From Paenibacillaceae bacterium (GTDB lineage Bacteria; Bacillota; Bacilli; Paenibacillales; NBRC-103111), in assembly GCA_020697475.1 (NCBI GenBank), contig JAJFMO010000001.1, forward strand, positions 1 through 46,936: a stretch of 46,936 bases of DNA, given 5' to 3'. The notes below the pieces were generated by a model, which was given only the letters and a program-made list of their open reading frames with translations, made no database searches and was not told the DNA's origin. This document shows positions 9,573 through 20,013 of the stretch, piece by piece; position 1 is the stretch's first letter; each line of letters starts with the position of its first letter. The translations under genes and the position numbers were made by a program.

Positions 9573-11087
9573 TTGAAAACTTTCAACGAATTCGGCCTTG
9601 AGCCGAAAGTTATTCGCGCCATTACCGAACTGGGGTTCGAGGAATCCACTCCGATTCAAGAGCGGACAATTCCGCTGGCCATGGAAGGCCGGGATTTGAT
9701 CGGACAGGCGCAGACCGGTACTGGTAAAACGGCGGCGTTCGGAGTGCCGCTAGTTCATAAAATCGCTCAAAGCGAAGACAGAATCGTAGCCTTGATCATG
9801 TGCCCGACCCGGGAGTTGGCGATCCAGGTGGCCGAGGAGATAGGAAAGCTCGGCCGGTTCAAGGGCATTCGCTCGCTGCCGATTTACGGCGGGCAAGATA
9901 TTGTCAAGCAAATCCGCGCCTTGAAGAAGCGCCCGCAGATCATTATCGGGACGCCGGGGCGGCTGCTCGACCATATTAACCGCAAGACGATCAAGCTTGA
10001 CGATGTGCAGACGGTCGTCTTGGATGAAGCGGACGAGATGCTCGACATGGGCTTCATGGAAGACATCCAGGCTATTCTCGGTTTGGTGCCGGAAGAGCGC
10101 CATACGATGCTGTTCTCGGCAACGATGCCGCCGAACATACAACGCCTGGCGCAACAGTTTTTGCGCAATCCGGAGCATATCTCCGTCGTGCCGAAGCAAA
10201 TCAGCGCTCCGCTGATCCAGCAAGCATACATCGAAGTGCAAGAACGGCAGAAGTTCGAGGCGATGTGCCGCTTAATTGATATGGAGGCGCCGGAGCTCGC
10301 CATTGTGTTCGGGAGGACAAAGCGCAGAGTCGACGAGTTGTCCGAGGCGCTTCAGAAGCGCGGCTATTCTGCGGAAGGGTTGCACGGCGATTTGTCGCAG
10401 AATCAGCGCGATGCCGTGATGCGCAAATTCCGCGACGGCAGCATCGATGTGCTGGTTGCCACTGATGTGGCGGCGCGCGGATTGGACGTGTCAGGCGTGA
10501 CACACGTCGTCAACTTCGACTTGCCGCAGGATCCCGAGAGTTATGTGCATCGGATCGGCCGTACCGGACGGGCCGGTAAGGAAGGCACCGCATGGACGTT
10601 CGTTACTCCGCGCGAGATGGATCACCTGCATCTGATTGAGAAAGTTACCGCGGAACGCATTCTTGACGCGATACAGAGCGAAGCGTACGGAGAGTTCAAA
10701 GGTTTGGCGATCCAGTTGTTGGAGCAATACGATTCGGTCCAACTGTTGGCTTCGGCGCTGAAGCTGTTGACCGGCGAGAAGGCCGAAGTGAACATCGAAT
10801 TGACACCGGAGGAGCCGTTAAGGGCCAGAAAAAGGCGCCCGGACATCCGCAGCAGCGGACGCCGTACATCTTATGGCGGCGGCAATTCGCCGCAGCGCCG
10901 TTCCGATCGCTATGGCAGCGGAGGGGATTCGCGCTCGCGGGGGGGCGGCAGCAGAGATTACCGCGATCGCCGCGATTCGCGCGACAGCTACGGATCGCGT
11001 GACGGCCAAGGATCCCGCGACGGCGGCCGCGACCGGGTTCGCGATTACGATGGCAGCCGTTCGCACAGTCAATTCTCGAATAAATAA
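9573..11087 (+). CDS. cshA: DEAD-box RNA helicase CshA (possible short in-frame deletion near 10644)
   Basis: [32 protein letters not shown]-rich tail; AAGGAG RBS and TTG start. Confidence 0.93.
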   Translation: MKTFNEFGLEPKVIRAITELGFEESTPIQERTIPLAMEGRDLIGQAQTGTGKTAAFGVPLVHKIAQSEDRIVALIMCPTRELAIQVAEEIGKLGRFKGIRSLPIYGGQDIVKQIRALKKRPQIIIGTPGRLLDHINRKTIKLDDVQTVVLDEADEMLDMGFMEDIQAILGLVPEERHTMLFSATMPPNIQRLAQQFLRNPEHISVVPKQISAPLIQQAYIEVQERQKFEAMCRLIDMEAPELAIVFGRTKRRVDELSEALQKRGYSAEGLHGDLSQNQRDAVMRKFRDGSIDVLVATDVAARGLDVSGVTHVVNFDLPQDPESYVHRIGRTGRAGKEGTAWTFVTPREMDHLHLIEKVTAERILDAIQSEAYGEFKGLAIQLLEQYDSVQLLASALKLLTGEKAEVNIELTPEEPLRARKRRPDIRSSGRRTSYGGGNSPQRRSDRYGSGGDSRSRGGGSRDYRDRRDSRDSYGSRDGQGSRDGGRDRVRDYDGSRSHSQFSNK

Positions 11088-11097
11088 TCATGATGAC

Positions 11098-11124
11098 GAG
11101 GGGTCGCAAGACCCCCGTTTTTTT
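11098..11124 (+). terminator. Intrinsic terminator
   Basis: GGGGTC-GCAA-GACCCC followed by a T-run. Confidence 0.8.
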
Positions 11125-11310
11125 GGAATTCCGGTGTATTTTCGCAGAAGAGAGAAAGCGTCCTGAAGGAGCAGCAGAGTTTGCCTCTGGCTTCAAATGT
11201 TAACTGCTGTAAGCGGTTGTTTAAGGAAATTTTGAGACAATAGCGATCGTAAGGATGACTCACTTTTACAGCGAAACTTTTCACCGATTTACATTGGGGG
11301 GATCAGACGG

Positions 11311-12129
11311 ATGGAAATGAAAGGCTGGATGGGCGGAATATATAGGGTTTGCGAATGGATCATGCGATTCGCGGTGGCCAACATCCTGTGGGTCGTCTGC
11401 TCGTTCCCGATCTTCTTCTTGTCATTGCTGGCGATCGTCAATGTGCAACTGCCGGAAGTACCGCGCGCAGCGGTGAATCAGTTGTTGCTGCTGATGGCCG
11501 TCCTCACCCCTTTCCTGTTGTTTCCCGCAACGTCAGCTATGTTCGCCTTGGCGCGCAAATGGGTCATGGGCGAAGGCGATGTGCCGCTGGTAAAAACATT
11601 TTTCCGCAGCTATAAAGAAAACTATCGCCAGAGCATGGCCGGCGGAATCGTCTTTTTCATTCTGTACGCCATCATGTACGTGAACTACCATTTCTACATT
11701 TCACAGAGCGGAAACATTCATTGGCTTGCTTATTTGTTTATTACACTTTCCATCATTATGGGTGCGGCGTTGTTCAACTTTTTCTCCCTCACCGTTCATT
11801 TTCACATGACTTTTTGGCAGATCTTGAAAAATTCGATTCTCGTCTCCATCGGGCATCCGATTACTTCCGTGGCGCTGCTGGTCACCAATTTGGCGATTCT
11901 ATATATCAGCATTGCGAAGATTACATTCCTTATTCCGTTCTTTATGGGCAGCTTGATCGCCTTCTTGTCGTTTTGGCATTTCAACCGGATTTATTCGCGG
12001 ATGCAGTTTAAGCAAGAGCAGGCGGAATATGCAGCCGAGGAAGCTAAGGAAGCCCGGGAATCGAAAGAGCTGGACGTAAAGGATGAATACAGGACGGGCG
12101 ATTCGGAGAAAAATAATAAAAATCAATGA
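11311..12129 (+). CDS. YesL/DUF624 family membrane protein
   Basis: EWIMRFAVANILW, FPATSAMF, FFRSYKENY; multiple TM segments. Confidence 0.85.
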   Translation: MEMKGWMGGIYRVCEWIMRFAVANILWVVCSFPIFFLSLLAIVNVQLPEVPRAAVNQLLLLMAVLTPFLLFPATSAMFALARKWVMGEGDVPLVKTFFRSYKENYRQSMAGGIVFFILYAIMYVNYHFYISQSGNIHWLAYLFITLSIIMGAALFNFFSLTVHFHMTFWQILKNSILVSIGHPITSVALLVTNLAILYISIAKITFLIPFFMGSLIAFLSFWHFNRIYSRMQFKQEQAEYAAEEAKEARESKELDVKDEYRTGDSEKNNKNQ

Positions 12130-12157
12130 AAAAGCCTGTTCTGGACGGCATTGGCGG

Positions 12158-12186
12158 TTTACATTCCGGAACGAAGCGCCTATAAT
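12158..12186 (+). promoter_or_regulatory. SigA promoter of 6S RNA
   Basis: TTTACA-17 bp-TATAAT. Confidence 0.7.
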
Positions 12187-12202
12187 ACGGTTATAAGCTT
12201 TC

Positions 12203-12383
12203 ATGAATCCTGCGATGTGCGTTGCGGTTTTATTTGTTTTAAACCAATGGTTGTTTCAAGGGAGACCTACATCGTCTTGTCGATGACCCGCCCTCAAAAG
12301 GGGACTTCAGAAGCAAGGCTGCGGACACCCACCTGCGAGAGCAGGTTTGAAACGCAAAATCGGACGGCATAGGCGGGGTTCTA
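12203..12383 (+). ncRNA. ssrS: 6S RNA
   Basis: ~180-nt non-coding region with paired ends (GAATCCTGC/GCGGGGTTC) and Bacillales 6S-like segments CACCCACCTGC-GAGA-GCAGG and ACGGCAT; own promoter. Confidence 0.82.
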
Positions 12384-12416
12384 GTTTTATTACATATGTC
12401 GATCGGGGGAAAAATC

Positions 12417-13073
12417 ATGCGTATTTTTATTGATACGGCCAATGTGGACGAAATCAGACAAGCCCATGAACTGGGAGTCATTTCCGGAATTACGACCAAC
12501 CCTTCGCTCATTGCCAAGGAAGGCCGCGATTTCTTCCAGACGATCAAGGAGATCATCGAGATTGTCGGCGACATGCCAATCAGCGCGGAAGTCATCAGCC
12601 TGAAAGCGGATGAAATGGTGGAGCAAGGCAAGAAACTTGCCGCGCTTGGATCCGGAGTCGTCATCAAAGTCCCGATGTGTGAAGAAGGGCTGAAGGCGAC
12701 GAATCAACTGACGAAGCTCGGAATCAAGACGAATGTCACGCTGATTTTCTCTTCTCCGCAAGCATTGCTGGCGGCCAGAGCGGGCGCGACCTACGTATCT
12801 CCGTTCGTCGGCAGATTGGACGATATCAATCAGATCGGCATGAATTTGATCAAGGAAGTCAGCGATATATTCGCGATTCACGAGATTGAGTCGCAGATTA
12901 TTTCCGCGAGCATCCGCCATTCCACCCACATCATAGAAGCGGCGTTGCACGGTGCGCATATCGCAACGATTCCTTACAAGCTCATTCAAGGGATGGTCAA
13001 GCATCCGCTTACGACGGTCGGGATTGAGCGATTCCTGGCAGATTGGAACAGCGCTAATCAGCAGCAATTTTAA
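12417..13073 (+). CDS. tal: Transaldolase (Tal/Fsa family)
   Basis: FIDTAN, TTNPSL, SAEV (Glu), VIKVP Schiff-base Lys, SPFVGR (Phe, transaldolase-type). Confidence 0.9.
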   Translation: MRIFIDTANVDEIRQAHELGVISGITTNPSLIAKEGRDFFQTIKEIIEIVGDMPISAEVISLKADEMVEQGKKLAALGSGVVIKVPMCEEGLKATNQLTKLGIKTNVTLIFSSPQALLAARAGATYVSPFVGRLDDINQIGMNLIKEVSDIFAIHEIESQIISASIRHSTHIIEAALHGAHIATIPYKLIQGMVKHPLTTVGIERFLADWNSANQQQF

Positions 13074-13112
13074 GCAATCTAACTAAAATTTACAATAACC
13101 GGAAAATTGTTT

Positions 13113-13144
13113 ACCTCCTGAGAAAGAGTTCAGGGGGTTTTTTT
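13113..13144 (+). terminator. Intrinsic terminator after tal
   Basis: ACCTCCTGA...TCAGGGGGT followed by a T-run. Confidence 0.7.
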
Positions 13145-13234
13145 ATACTTGTATTATTTAAATGATATATTGACATACCATTAATGACTTGATATATATA
13201 GATATATGGTTAAATTATTTAGGAGGGGTTATGA

Positions 13235-14536
13235 ATGATTCGAACGTTTCTAAAAACAGTGATTACGCTTGCAATGGTCTTGCTGGTGGTTTCGGCTTGC
13301 GGCGGCGAAGGACAAGGTGATAAAGTAGAGGGGAGCGAAGGGGCTGCCAGTGCTGAGCCGGTTACCTTGAAAGTATACCCTCAAAGCGTCAATTTGGCGG
13401 ATGAGGAATTTCAACAATTGATGGCGGACCCAGTCAAACGCAAATATCCGAATATTACCTTGGAATTAATGAAGCCAACACCCGGAACCGAGTTGGAAGC
13501 CTATGTCGCTTCAGGCGAATTTGCCGATATCGTATTTACAGGCCAAGGCATGAAAGCGATCACCCTTCTGAATCTCGAAACCGATCTCACCCCATGGATG
13601 AAGAAAAATAAAATCGATGTTGCTAAATTCGACCCGTTGGCTATCCAGAATATCCAGAGTTACGGGAAATCCGGGGAACTTGTGGCATTGCCTTTCTCGG
13701 TTAATTTCAGTGTGTTGTTTTACAACAAAGATCTGTTTGATAAGTTTGCTGTGGCGTATCCCAAAGATGGGATGACATGGGACGAAGCGATTGCTCTGGG
13801 CAAAAAAATGACCAGAGAGGAAGGGGGAGTACAATACCTGGGGTTGAACGCCCAATCCGTTCATCACATGGCTTCCCAGTTATCGCTTACTTATACGGAT
13901 CCGAAGACGAACAAAGCCGCCTTCCTAACAGATGATTGGAAACGACTGTTCAGCACTTATCTGGCCGTTTCCGATTTATCGAAAAACATCCACAAGCAGT
14001 TGAACCCACTGTTCTTGAACGACCGGGTATTAGCCATGTTCGGGGATTATGGGGCCAAGATCGGCCAACTTGAAGAACTGGCTAACACGGGAAAACCGTT
14101 GAACTGGGACATGGCTGCGATGCCGGTATATCCGGATCATCCGAAGCAAGCTTTCGGGTTTGTTGCTCAATCTTTAATGATTTCCTCTTTAAGCAAACAT
14201 AAAGATGAAGCTTTCCAAGCGATTCGCTATTTGACAAGCGAAGAGGAGCAGTTGGCGATCGTCAAGAAGGGTCGACAATCGTCGTTGCAAGGCTCTCAAT
14301 TCGAACAAGGCTTCGGTTCGGAGCTTGCCACCATGAAGGGAAAGAATATCCAGGCGATTTTCAAAAACAAGCCGGCTCCAAGCCTGGAATTTTCGCCGTT
14401 CGACGACAATTTGAACGATGAGGTCAAGAAGCAAATTTCCGCTGCGGCAGATGCGGTTACGGCAGGCAAGAAAGATATCAATACGGCTTTGCGCGAGCTG
14501 CAGGAACAAGCGGATAAAATTTATGCCGGCAAATAA
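13235..14536 (+). CDS. ABC transporter solute-binding lipoprotein (family 1), no adjacent permease
   Basis: Lipobox VSAC, LFYNKDLFDKFAVAYPKDGMTWD; AGGAGG RBS. Confidence 0.9.
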   Translation: MIRTFLKTVITLAMVLLVVSACGGEGQGDKVEGSEGAASAEPVTLKVYPQSVNLADEEFQQLMADPVKRKYPNITLELMKPTPGTELEAYVASGEFADIVFTGQGMKAITLLNLETDLTPWMKKNKIDVAKFDPLAIQNIQSYGKSGELVALPFSVNFSVLFYNKDLFDKFAVAYPKDGMTWDEAIALGKKMTREEGGVQYLGLNAQSVHHMASQLSLTYTDPKTNKAAFLTDDWKRLFSTYLAVSDLSKNIHKQLNPLFLNDRVLAMFGDYGAKIGQLEELANTGKPLNWDMAAMPVYPDHPKQAFGFVAQSLMISSLSKHKDEAFQAIRYLTSEEEQLAIVKKGRQSSLQGSQFEQGFGSELATMKGKNIQAIFKNKPAPSLEFSPFDDNLNDEVKKQISAAADAVTAGKKDINTALRELQEQADKIYAGK

Positions 14537-14577
14537 TTTGGTATAATTCGTGCAATCCAACATGGAGGAGAATATCT

Positions 14578-15758
14578 ATGAATCGTCCGAATATTTTATT
14601 TCTATTTCCCGACCAGCATCGTGGGGACTGGATGCCCTATCCGGAACATGTATTTCAAGAGCGATTCGGACTGGAGCCGCTCAAGCTGCGAATGCCGAAC
14701 GTGGCTTCCTTGATGCAGCGAGGCACCTCATTCACCCGAGCGATTACCCCTTCGCCGCTGTGCGCGCCGGCCAGAGCTTGTATCGCTTCGGGCTTGACAT
14801 ACGAGCATTGTCCCGTGAAGGGCAATGGGACGGATTATCCGATCGAATTGCCTACCTTCTATTCGGTCTTGAAGGACAACGGATACGAAGTCGGCGGTGT
14901 CGGGAAATTCGATCTGCACAAGAAAACCCACTGGTGGGGGCTTGACGGATGGATCGACGATTTGGGCCGAATGGGGTTTACTGTCGGTGTGGATAACGCG
15001 GGCAAGATGGATGCCATCAATTCCGGCAAAGACGAGCCGAAGGATCCCTATATGAAGTATTTATACGACAAAGGATTGGCTCAAATCCATCTGAGAGATA
15101 TGAAAGGCAGAGGGAAGAAGACGAATCCGACGGACCTGCCGGAGGAAGCTTATTGCGATAACTGGTTGTCGGCGAACGGAATCGAAATGATCAGAAATTT
15201 CCCGGACAATAAACCGTGGTTTCTCGTTGTGAACTTTACCGGTCCGCATGGCCCGTTCGATGTGACCAAGCGGATGTGGGATGCTTGGCAAGGGGTTGAT
15301 TTCCCTCAGCCAGTCGAGCCTTCGGACGATCGGGATCAATGCTTGGCGCTGCGGCAAAATTATGCGGCGATGCTGGAAAACATCGATCGCAATATCGGCT
15401 TGATGCTGCAGGAAAAGCAGGTCCCGGCGTGCAAGCTGGAGTCATTTCGGACGCGTTGGTGGAACTTCAGGACTTGACTCGTACGATTGTCGAATTTGCG
15501 GGTGCGAAGATGCCGGAGGCGGCGGATTCCTTGTCGCTGAAGCCTCTGCTGGCAGGCGAGGAGCAAACTCACCGGGAAGTGCAAATTTCCGCCATTGACG
15601 ATTGGAAGATGGTATCCGATGGAGAGTATAAATTGATCGTCCAGGAAGGCAAACCAGTTCGACTCTACCATTTGCCGTCAGATCCATGGGAGCTCCATAA
15701 TATCGCCGAGCAGCACGAAGATAGGGTGAATTCTTGGCGGAATCGTTACTTGGGCTAA
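14578..15758 (+). pseudogene. Cys-type sulfatase family protein, disrupted near 15415 (deletion plus frameshift)
   Basis: RPNILFLFPDQHR, CAPAR, GKFDL; the SDHG segment is missing and the C-terminus (LYHLPSDPWELHN) is in another frame. Confidence 0.8.
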
Positions 15759-15799
15759 GCTGGGGCTCATATCCGGTATTGAGGGAATAAACATGAAGG

Positions 15800-16978
15800 A
15801 TGAGAGTCATGGGAACGCCTTTGTATAAGCAGTTATATCAACATATTCTTGACGAAATTATTAGCGGGCGCTTGCAAAAAGGAGATCGGGTTCCTTCCGA
15901 ACACGAATTAGCCGAACAATTCGGAGTCAGTCGAATTACGTCCAAGAAAGCATTCGATATTTTGTCACAAGCGAAAGTCATTGAACGTTCGCGCGGAAAA
16001 GGTTCATTTGTCGCTCAAACCTTACCGGATTTGGCACAGATGAAGAGCGAACTGGATGAACAAGAGTCTTCCTCCTCGGAGGGCAGACCGGACAGCGAGC
16101 AACGATTGATCGGTCTTGTGTTACCTCATTTTGCCGAGGCGTACGGATTACGCTTGCTTTACTCGATTGAGGAAGAGTGCACAAAACATCAATCCCACTT
16201 GGTTTTGAAACGAACGCATGGAAGCCAGGAGGAAGAAGAACAGGCGATTCGATCGTTAATCCGCCTTGGTGTTGACGGATTGATCGTTTTCCCGGTTCAT
16301 GGCGAACATTACAATGCTGAAATTTTGCGTCTGGTATTGAGCGGCTTTCCGTTGGTCCTGGTGGATCGTTACTTAAAGGGAATCGATTCTTACGCCGTTT
16401 ATACGGACAATTATCACGCTGCGGTTGCATTGACGGAACAGCTTCTTGATGAAGGGTATGAACAAATTGCTTTGATCTCGCCGCCGATCGAGAATACTAC
16501 CGCCCTGGAAGAAAGATTCCAGGGTTTTTCGGCCGCGCTAGCCTCCAGAAACATCGTGCCGAATCCGGAATATTGTCTGATGAGCTTGCTCAGCACGCTG
16601 CCATCGTCTGTGCGGGAACAGCAACTGGCGGAAGATCGGAAGAAGCTGGAGCGATTCATCGTGCAAAATCCGCAAATCAACGCATTTGTCGCCTGCGAGC
16701 ATAGTTTGGCTGTATTGCTCTTTCGCTTATTAACGGAGATGGGTAAGAAGATGCCTGACGACTACTCCATCGTCTGTTTCGATTCTTTGAAAGACTCGCT
16801 AGGCAAGCCTTTGTTCACGCACATTCTTCAAGATGAACAGATGATGGGGAAGGTCGCAATGGATAAACTGTTAAATCAAATATCCGGACTCTCGAACTCA
16901 TCTACCAAGCTGACCGTAGTCGAATACACTCTGGTTCAAGGCAGTTCCACCCGTGTTCAGCACCATGGCGAAACCTGA
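15800..16978 (+). CDS. GntR wHTH plus LacI-type sugar-binding domain regulator (AraR-like)
   Basis: PSEHELAEQFGVSRIT, GKGSFV, followed by a periplasmic-binding-like domain (VDGLIVFP, PLVLVDRY). Confidence 0.88.
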   Translation: MRVMGTPLYKQLYQHILDEIISGRLQKGDRVPSEHELAEQFGVSRITSKKAFDILSQAKVIERSRGKGSFVAQTLPDLAQMKSELDEQESSSSEGRPDSEQRLIGLVLPHFAEAYGLRLLYSIEEECTKHQSHLVLKRTHGSQEEEEQAIRSLIRLGVDGLIVFPVHGEHYNAEILRLVLSGFPLVLVDRYLKGIDSYAVYTDNYHAAVALTEQLLDEGYEQIALISPPIENTTALEERFQGFSAALASRNIVPNPEYCLMSLLSTLPSSVREQQLAEDRKKLERFIVQNPQINAFVACEHSLAVLLFRLLTEMGKKMPDDYSIVCFDSLKDSLGKPLFTHILQDEQMMGKVAMDKLLNQISGLSNSSTKLTVVEYTLVQGSSTRVQHHGET

Positions 16979-17006
16979 ACGAACAGGAAAAGCATACATT
17001 TTATCA

Positions 17007-17048
17007 TTGTCACATGGCACAAATTTCGCTACAATTAACTAGTTAATT
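17007..17048 (+). promoter_or_regulatory. SigA promoter for fba with overlapping 16-bp palindrome (candidate operator)
   Basis: TTGTCA-17 bp-TACAAT; AATTAACTAGTTAATT at 17033-17048. Confidence 0.65.
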
Positions 17049-17097
17049 CGGACACTTCATCTTGTCCGTCTATCGTATATCACCAGGAGGTTATATC

Positions 17098-17964
17098 ATG
17101 CCTTTAGTATCATCCACTCCGCTGTTGCAAACGGCGAGAGCCAACGGATATTGCATTGGCGCTTTCAACGTGCATACGCTTGAGATGCTGCAAGCCGTTG
17201 TCGAAGCGGCTGAGGAGACCGAGTCCCCGCTTATTATCCAATCGACCGTAGGCACAGTGAAGCATCTCGGGGCGGATTATATCGCCGCTGCAGCCACGGT
17301 GGCCGCCAACACGAATAAAGTACCGATCGCCTTGCATCTCGATCATTGCACCGAGTTCGAAACGATTGTCCAGTGCATTCGCGCCGGTTACACCTCGGTC
17401 ATGATTGACGCTTCTCACCATCCGTTCGAGGAGAATGTGAGGCAGACGAAACAGGTTGTTGAGTTGGCGAAAGCGATCGGAATCAATGTCGAAGCCGAGC
17501 TTGGCAAAGTCGGCGGGGTCGAAGACGAGATCGTCGTCGCCGAGAACGAAGCGCTGATGGCTGACCCGAACGAATGTGCCGAATTCGTCGAACGAACGGG
17601 AGTACCGACTCTGGCTCCGGCGATCGGGACGGCACACGGCATCTACAAAGGTGAGCCGAAAATCGATTTCGATCGAATCGATCGCATTGCCAAGCTGGTC
17701 GATGTGCCTCTGGTGCTGCACGGCGGTTCGGGCATTCCCGAAGCCCAAGTGCGCCGCGCCGTTTCGTTGGGCATGGCGAAGATGAACGTCGCGACGGAAC
17801 TGCGCATCGTCTTCTCCGACACGATCAAAGACGTATTCGCCAAGCATCCGGACGAGAACGACCCGCGCAAATATATGGTGCCGGCGAAGCAGGCGCTCAA
17901 AGCGGCGGCGATCGAGAAGATGCGTCTTTGCGGCTGCATCGGCAAAGCCCGCGATTTCCGCTAG
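17098..17964 (+). CDS. fba: Class II fructose/tagatose-bisphosphate aldolase
   Basis: IGAFN, LHLDH, SVMIDAS, VEAELG, GTAHG, VLHGGSG; GGAGG RBS. Confidence 0.9.
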   Translation: MPLVSSTPLLQTARANGYCIGAFNVHTLEMLQAVVEAAEETESPLIIQSTVGTVKHLGADYIAAAATVAANTNKVPIALHLDHCTEFETIVQCIRAGYTSVMIDASHHPFEENVRQTKQVVELAKAIGINVEAELGKVGGVEDEIVVAENEALMADPNECAEFVERTGVPTLAPAIGTAHGIYKGEPKIDFDRIDRIAKLVDVPLVLHGGSGIPEAQVRRAVSLGMAKMNVATELRIVFSDTIKDVFAKHPDENDPRKYMVPAKQALKAAAIEKMRLCGCIGKARDFR

Positions 17965-17996
17965 ATTTATAGTTACAATGGGAGGAGCAACACCGA

Positions 17997-19052
17997 ATGA
18001 AGCTTTTGGCTTGGAAAAGGGCGCGCGCGTATATCGCGGCGGCGGCCCTGGTCTCCACGCTTGCCCTGACTGCGTGCACGAATATCGAGATGGACACGAA
18101 AGAGGCGGCGGCTCCGCCGGATACCTCGGTCGAGCGGCTTGACGGGGTCAAGACCGATACCCCGATGCGTACGGCAGAAGTGTTCGACAAGGACAAGTAC
18201 AAAGGGATGATGACGATCCGTTATTTGTACCTGACCGGAGATACGGCGATGGGCGACGCGATTGTGATCCAGTCTCCCGACGGCAAGACGATGATGATCG
18301 ATTCCGGCTCCGCAGGAGCGGGTTCGCAAGTTGTGAAACATTTGAAAAATTTAGGCATCGATAAAATTGACGTAGCCCTGAACACGCATCCCCACTCCGA
18401 TCATATCGGCGGCTTTTACAGTGTTGCGAACGCGATGCCAATCGGCCAATTTTATATGGAAAATCTGGAGTTGCCCAGCAAGTCCTACTCGAACTCGATA
18501 TCCGCTTTGAAGAGGAAGAACGTGCCGATCACGTATCTGGAAGAAGGCTCGACGTTCAAACTGGGTGACGAAATTACTGCGGAAGTGTTAAGTCCGAAGA
18601 AAGGCGATTTGCCGGATAAAGTGTTGAAGGCGAAAGATGCCACGACGGACAGCGATGCAGCGATCGTCAACTATTACGCGTTGGTCGTGAAGATGACGTA
18701 TAAGAACAACACCTTCCTATTTTCAGGAGATATTTACACGAACCGTGAAGAAGAGCTGATCAAGCAGTACGGCGACAAGCTGAATGTCGATTTGGCGCAC
18801 GGCAATCACCATGGCTGGACGACATCCAACGGCAACCCGTGGATCACAGCCACGTCTCCTCAAATTGCCTTGGTGAGCAACAACATCTTCCGAAATCTGG
18901 ATGTCATGAAGCGCTACGACAACCATAAAACGAAAATTTTCACTACCCGGTTTAACGGGACGATCCTGGTGACGTCGGACGGGAACAAGCTGACGGCGAT
19001 TCCGGAACGGAACACAAGCAATTTGCCTCCGGGATTTTTGAAAAATCAGTAA
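17997..19052 (+). CDS. ComEC/Rec2-like metallo-beta-lactamase-fold hydrolase, lipoprotein
   Basis: Lipobox LTAC, GDAIVI, IDSG, THPHSDHIGG, FSGD, HHG. Confidence 0.85.
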   Translation: MKLLAWKRARAYIAAAALVSTLALTACTNIEMDTKEAAAPPDTSVERLDGVKTDTPMRTAEVFDKDKYKGMMTIRYLYLTGDTAMGDAIVIQSPDGKTMMIDSGSAGAGSQVVKHLKNLGIDKIDVALNTHPHSDHIGGFYSVANAMPIGQFYMENLELPSKSYSNSISALKRKNVPITYLEEGSTFKLGDEITAEVLSPKKGDLPDKVLKAKDATTDSDAAIVNYYALVVKMTYKNNTFLFSGDIYTNREEELIKQYGDKLNVDLAHGNHHGWTTSNGNPWITATSPQIALVSNNIFRNLDVMKRYDNHKTKIFTTRFNGTILVTSDGNKLTAIPERNTSNLPPGFLKNQ

Positions 19053-19083
19053 CGTTGGAAAGCGCGGTGCAATATTCAAGCCT

Positions 19084-20013
19084 ATGTTGACGACAGTGAC
19101 GCTGAATGCAGCGATTGACAAAACGTATTTCTTTAACTCCTTTACGCTGGGAACGGTATCCCGCACCCAAACGATGCGGGTCAACCCCGGCGGCAAGGGG
19201 CTGAACGTCGCCAGGGTGGCCGGCCAGTTGGGTCGGTCGGTTCTGGCGACTGGTTTTGTCGGGGGATATAACGGGCGGTTTATTATGGATGAGCTGGATC
19301 GCCAAGGGATCGCCCACGATTTCGTCCAAGTCGAAGGGGAATCGCGGCTTTGCCTCAACATGATCGATTTGTCCAACCGGTCATCCACTGAAGTGTTGGA
19401 GCCGGGTCCGGAAATTACGTCCGATCAGGTGGAAGAGATGAAGCGGAAGATACGCCAACTGGCGGCGAAATCCGCTATTGTCGCTCTCTCCGGCAGCGTT
19501 CCGCGCGGGGCTCCGACATCGATCTATGCAGAGTTGATCGCGATCGCAAAGGCCGAAGGCGCCCGCGTGTTTCTTGACGCAAGCGGGGACGCTTTGATGG
19601 CCGGGATTACCGCCATTCCTGAGATGATCAAGCCGAACGAAGACGAGGTCGAACGAATTATCGGCAAGAAGCTGGAACGCGAGGAAGACTTGATTGACAG
19701 CGTACGAGAGCTGATGGAGCGGGGGATCAAGCGGGTGATCGTCACACTGGGGGCAGCCGGTTCGCTGGCTGGAGTGGATGGACGATTGTACCGAATCCGA
19801 GCGCCTAAGTTGGATGCCGTGAACACTGTCGGCTGCGGCGATTCGTTCGTGGCGGGTATGGCGTCAGCCGTATTGCAAGGGATGAACGTCGAAGACAGCC
19901 TGCGCCTTGCGACTGCAGCCGGCTCCGCCAATGCGTTGACCGAAGAAGCCGGGAACGTAAGACTGGAAGACGTCGACGCATTATTTAAGCAAACCGTGAT
20001 CGAATGCCTGTAA
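19084..20013 (+). CDS. 1-phosphofructokinase / tagatose-6-phosphate kinase family (PfkB)
   Basis: TVTLNAAID, PGGKGLNVA, IKPN.DE, NTVGCGDS. Confidence 0.9.
   Translation: MLTTVTLNAAIDKTYFFNSFTLGTVSRTQTMRVNPGGKGLNVARVAGQLGRSVLATGFVGGYNGRFIMDELDRQGIAHDFVQVEGESRLCLNMIDLSNRSSTEVLEPGPEITSDQVEEMKRKIRQLAAKSAIVALSGSVPRGAPTSIYAELIAIAKAEGARVFLDASGDALMAGITAIPEMIKPNEDEVERIIGKKLEREEDLIDSVRELMERGIKRVIVTLGAAGSLAGVDGRLYRIRAPKLDAVNTVGCGDSFVAGMASAVLQGMNVEDSLRLATAAGSANALTEEAGNVRLEDVDALFKQTVIECL

Noticed and set aside
10850..11075. Repetitive CGCGA-rich DNA
   Set aside because: Encodes the R/G/D-rich low-complexity tail normal for CshA
17997..19052. comEC competence gene
   Set aside because: Only the MBL domain on a lipoprotein anchor; no membrane competence domain
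12417..20013. Sulfoglycolysis cluster (sulfo-TAL or sulfo-EMP)
   Set aside because: No sulfoquinovosidase, isomerase or sulfolactaldehyde oxidoreductase; Tal motifs look canonical; sulfatases act on sulfate esters, not sulfonates
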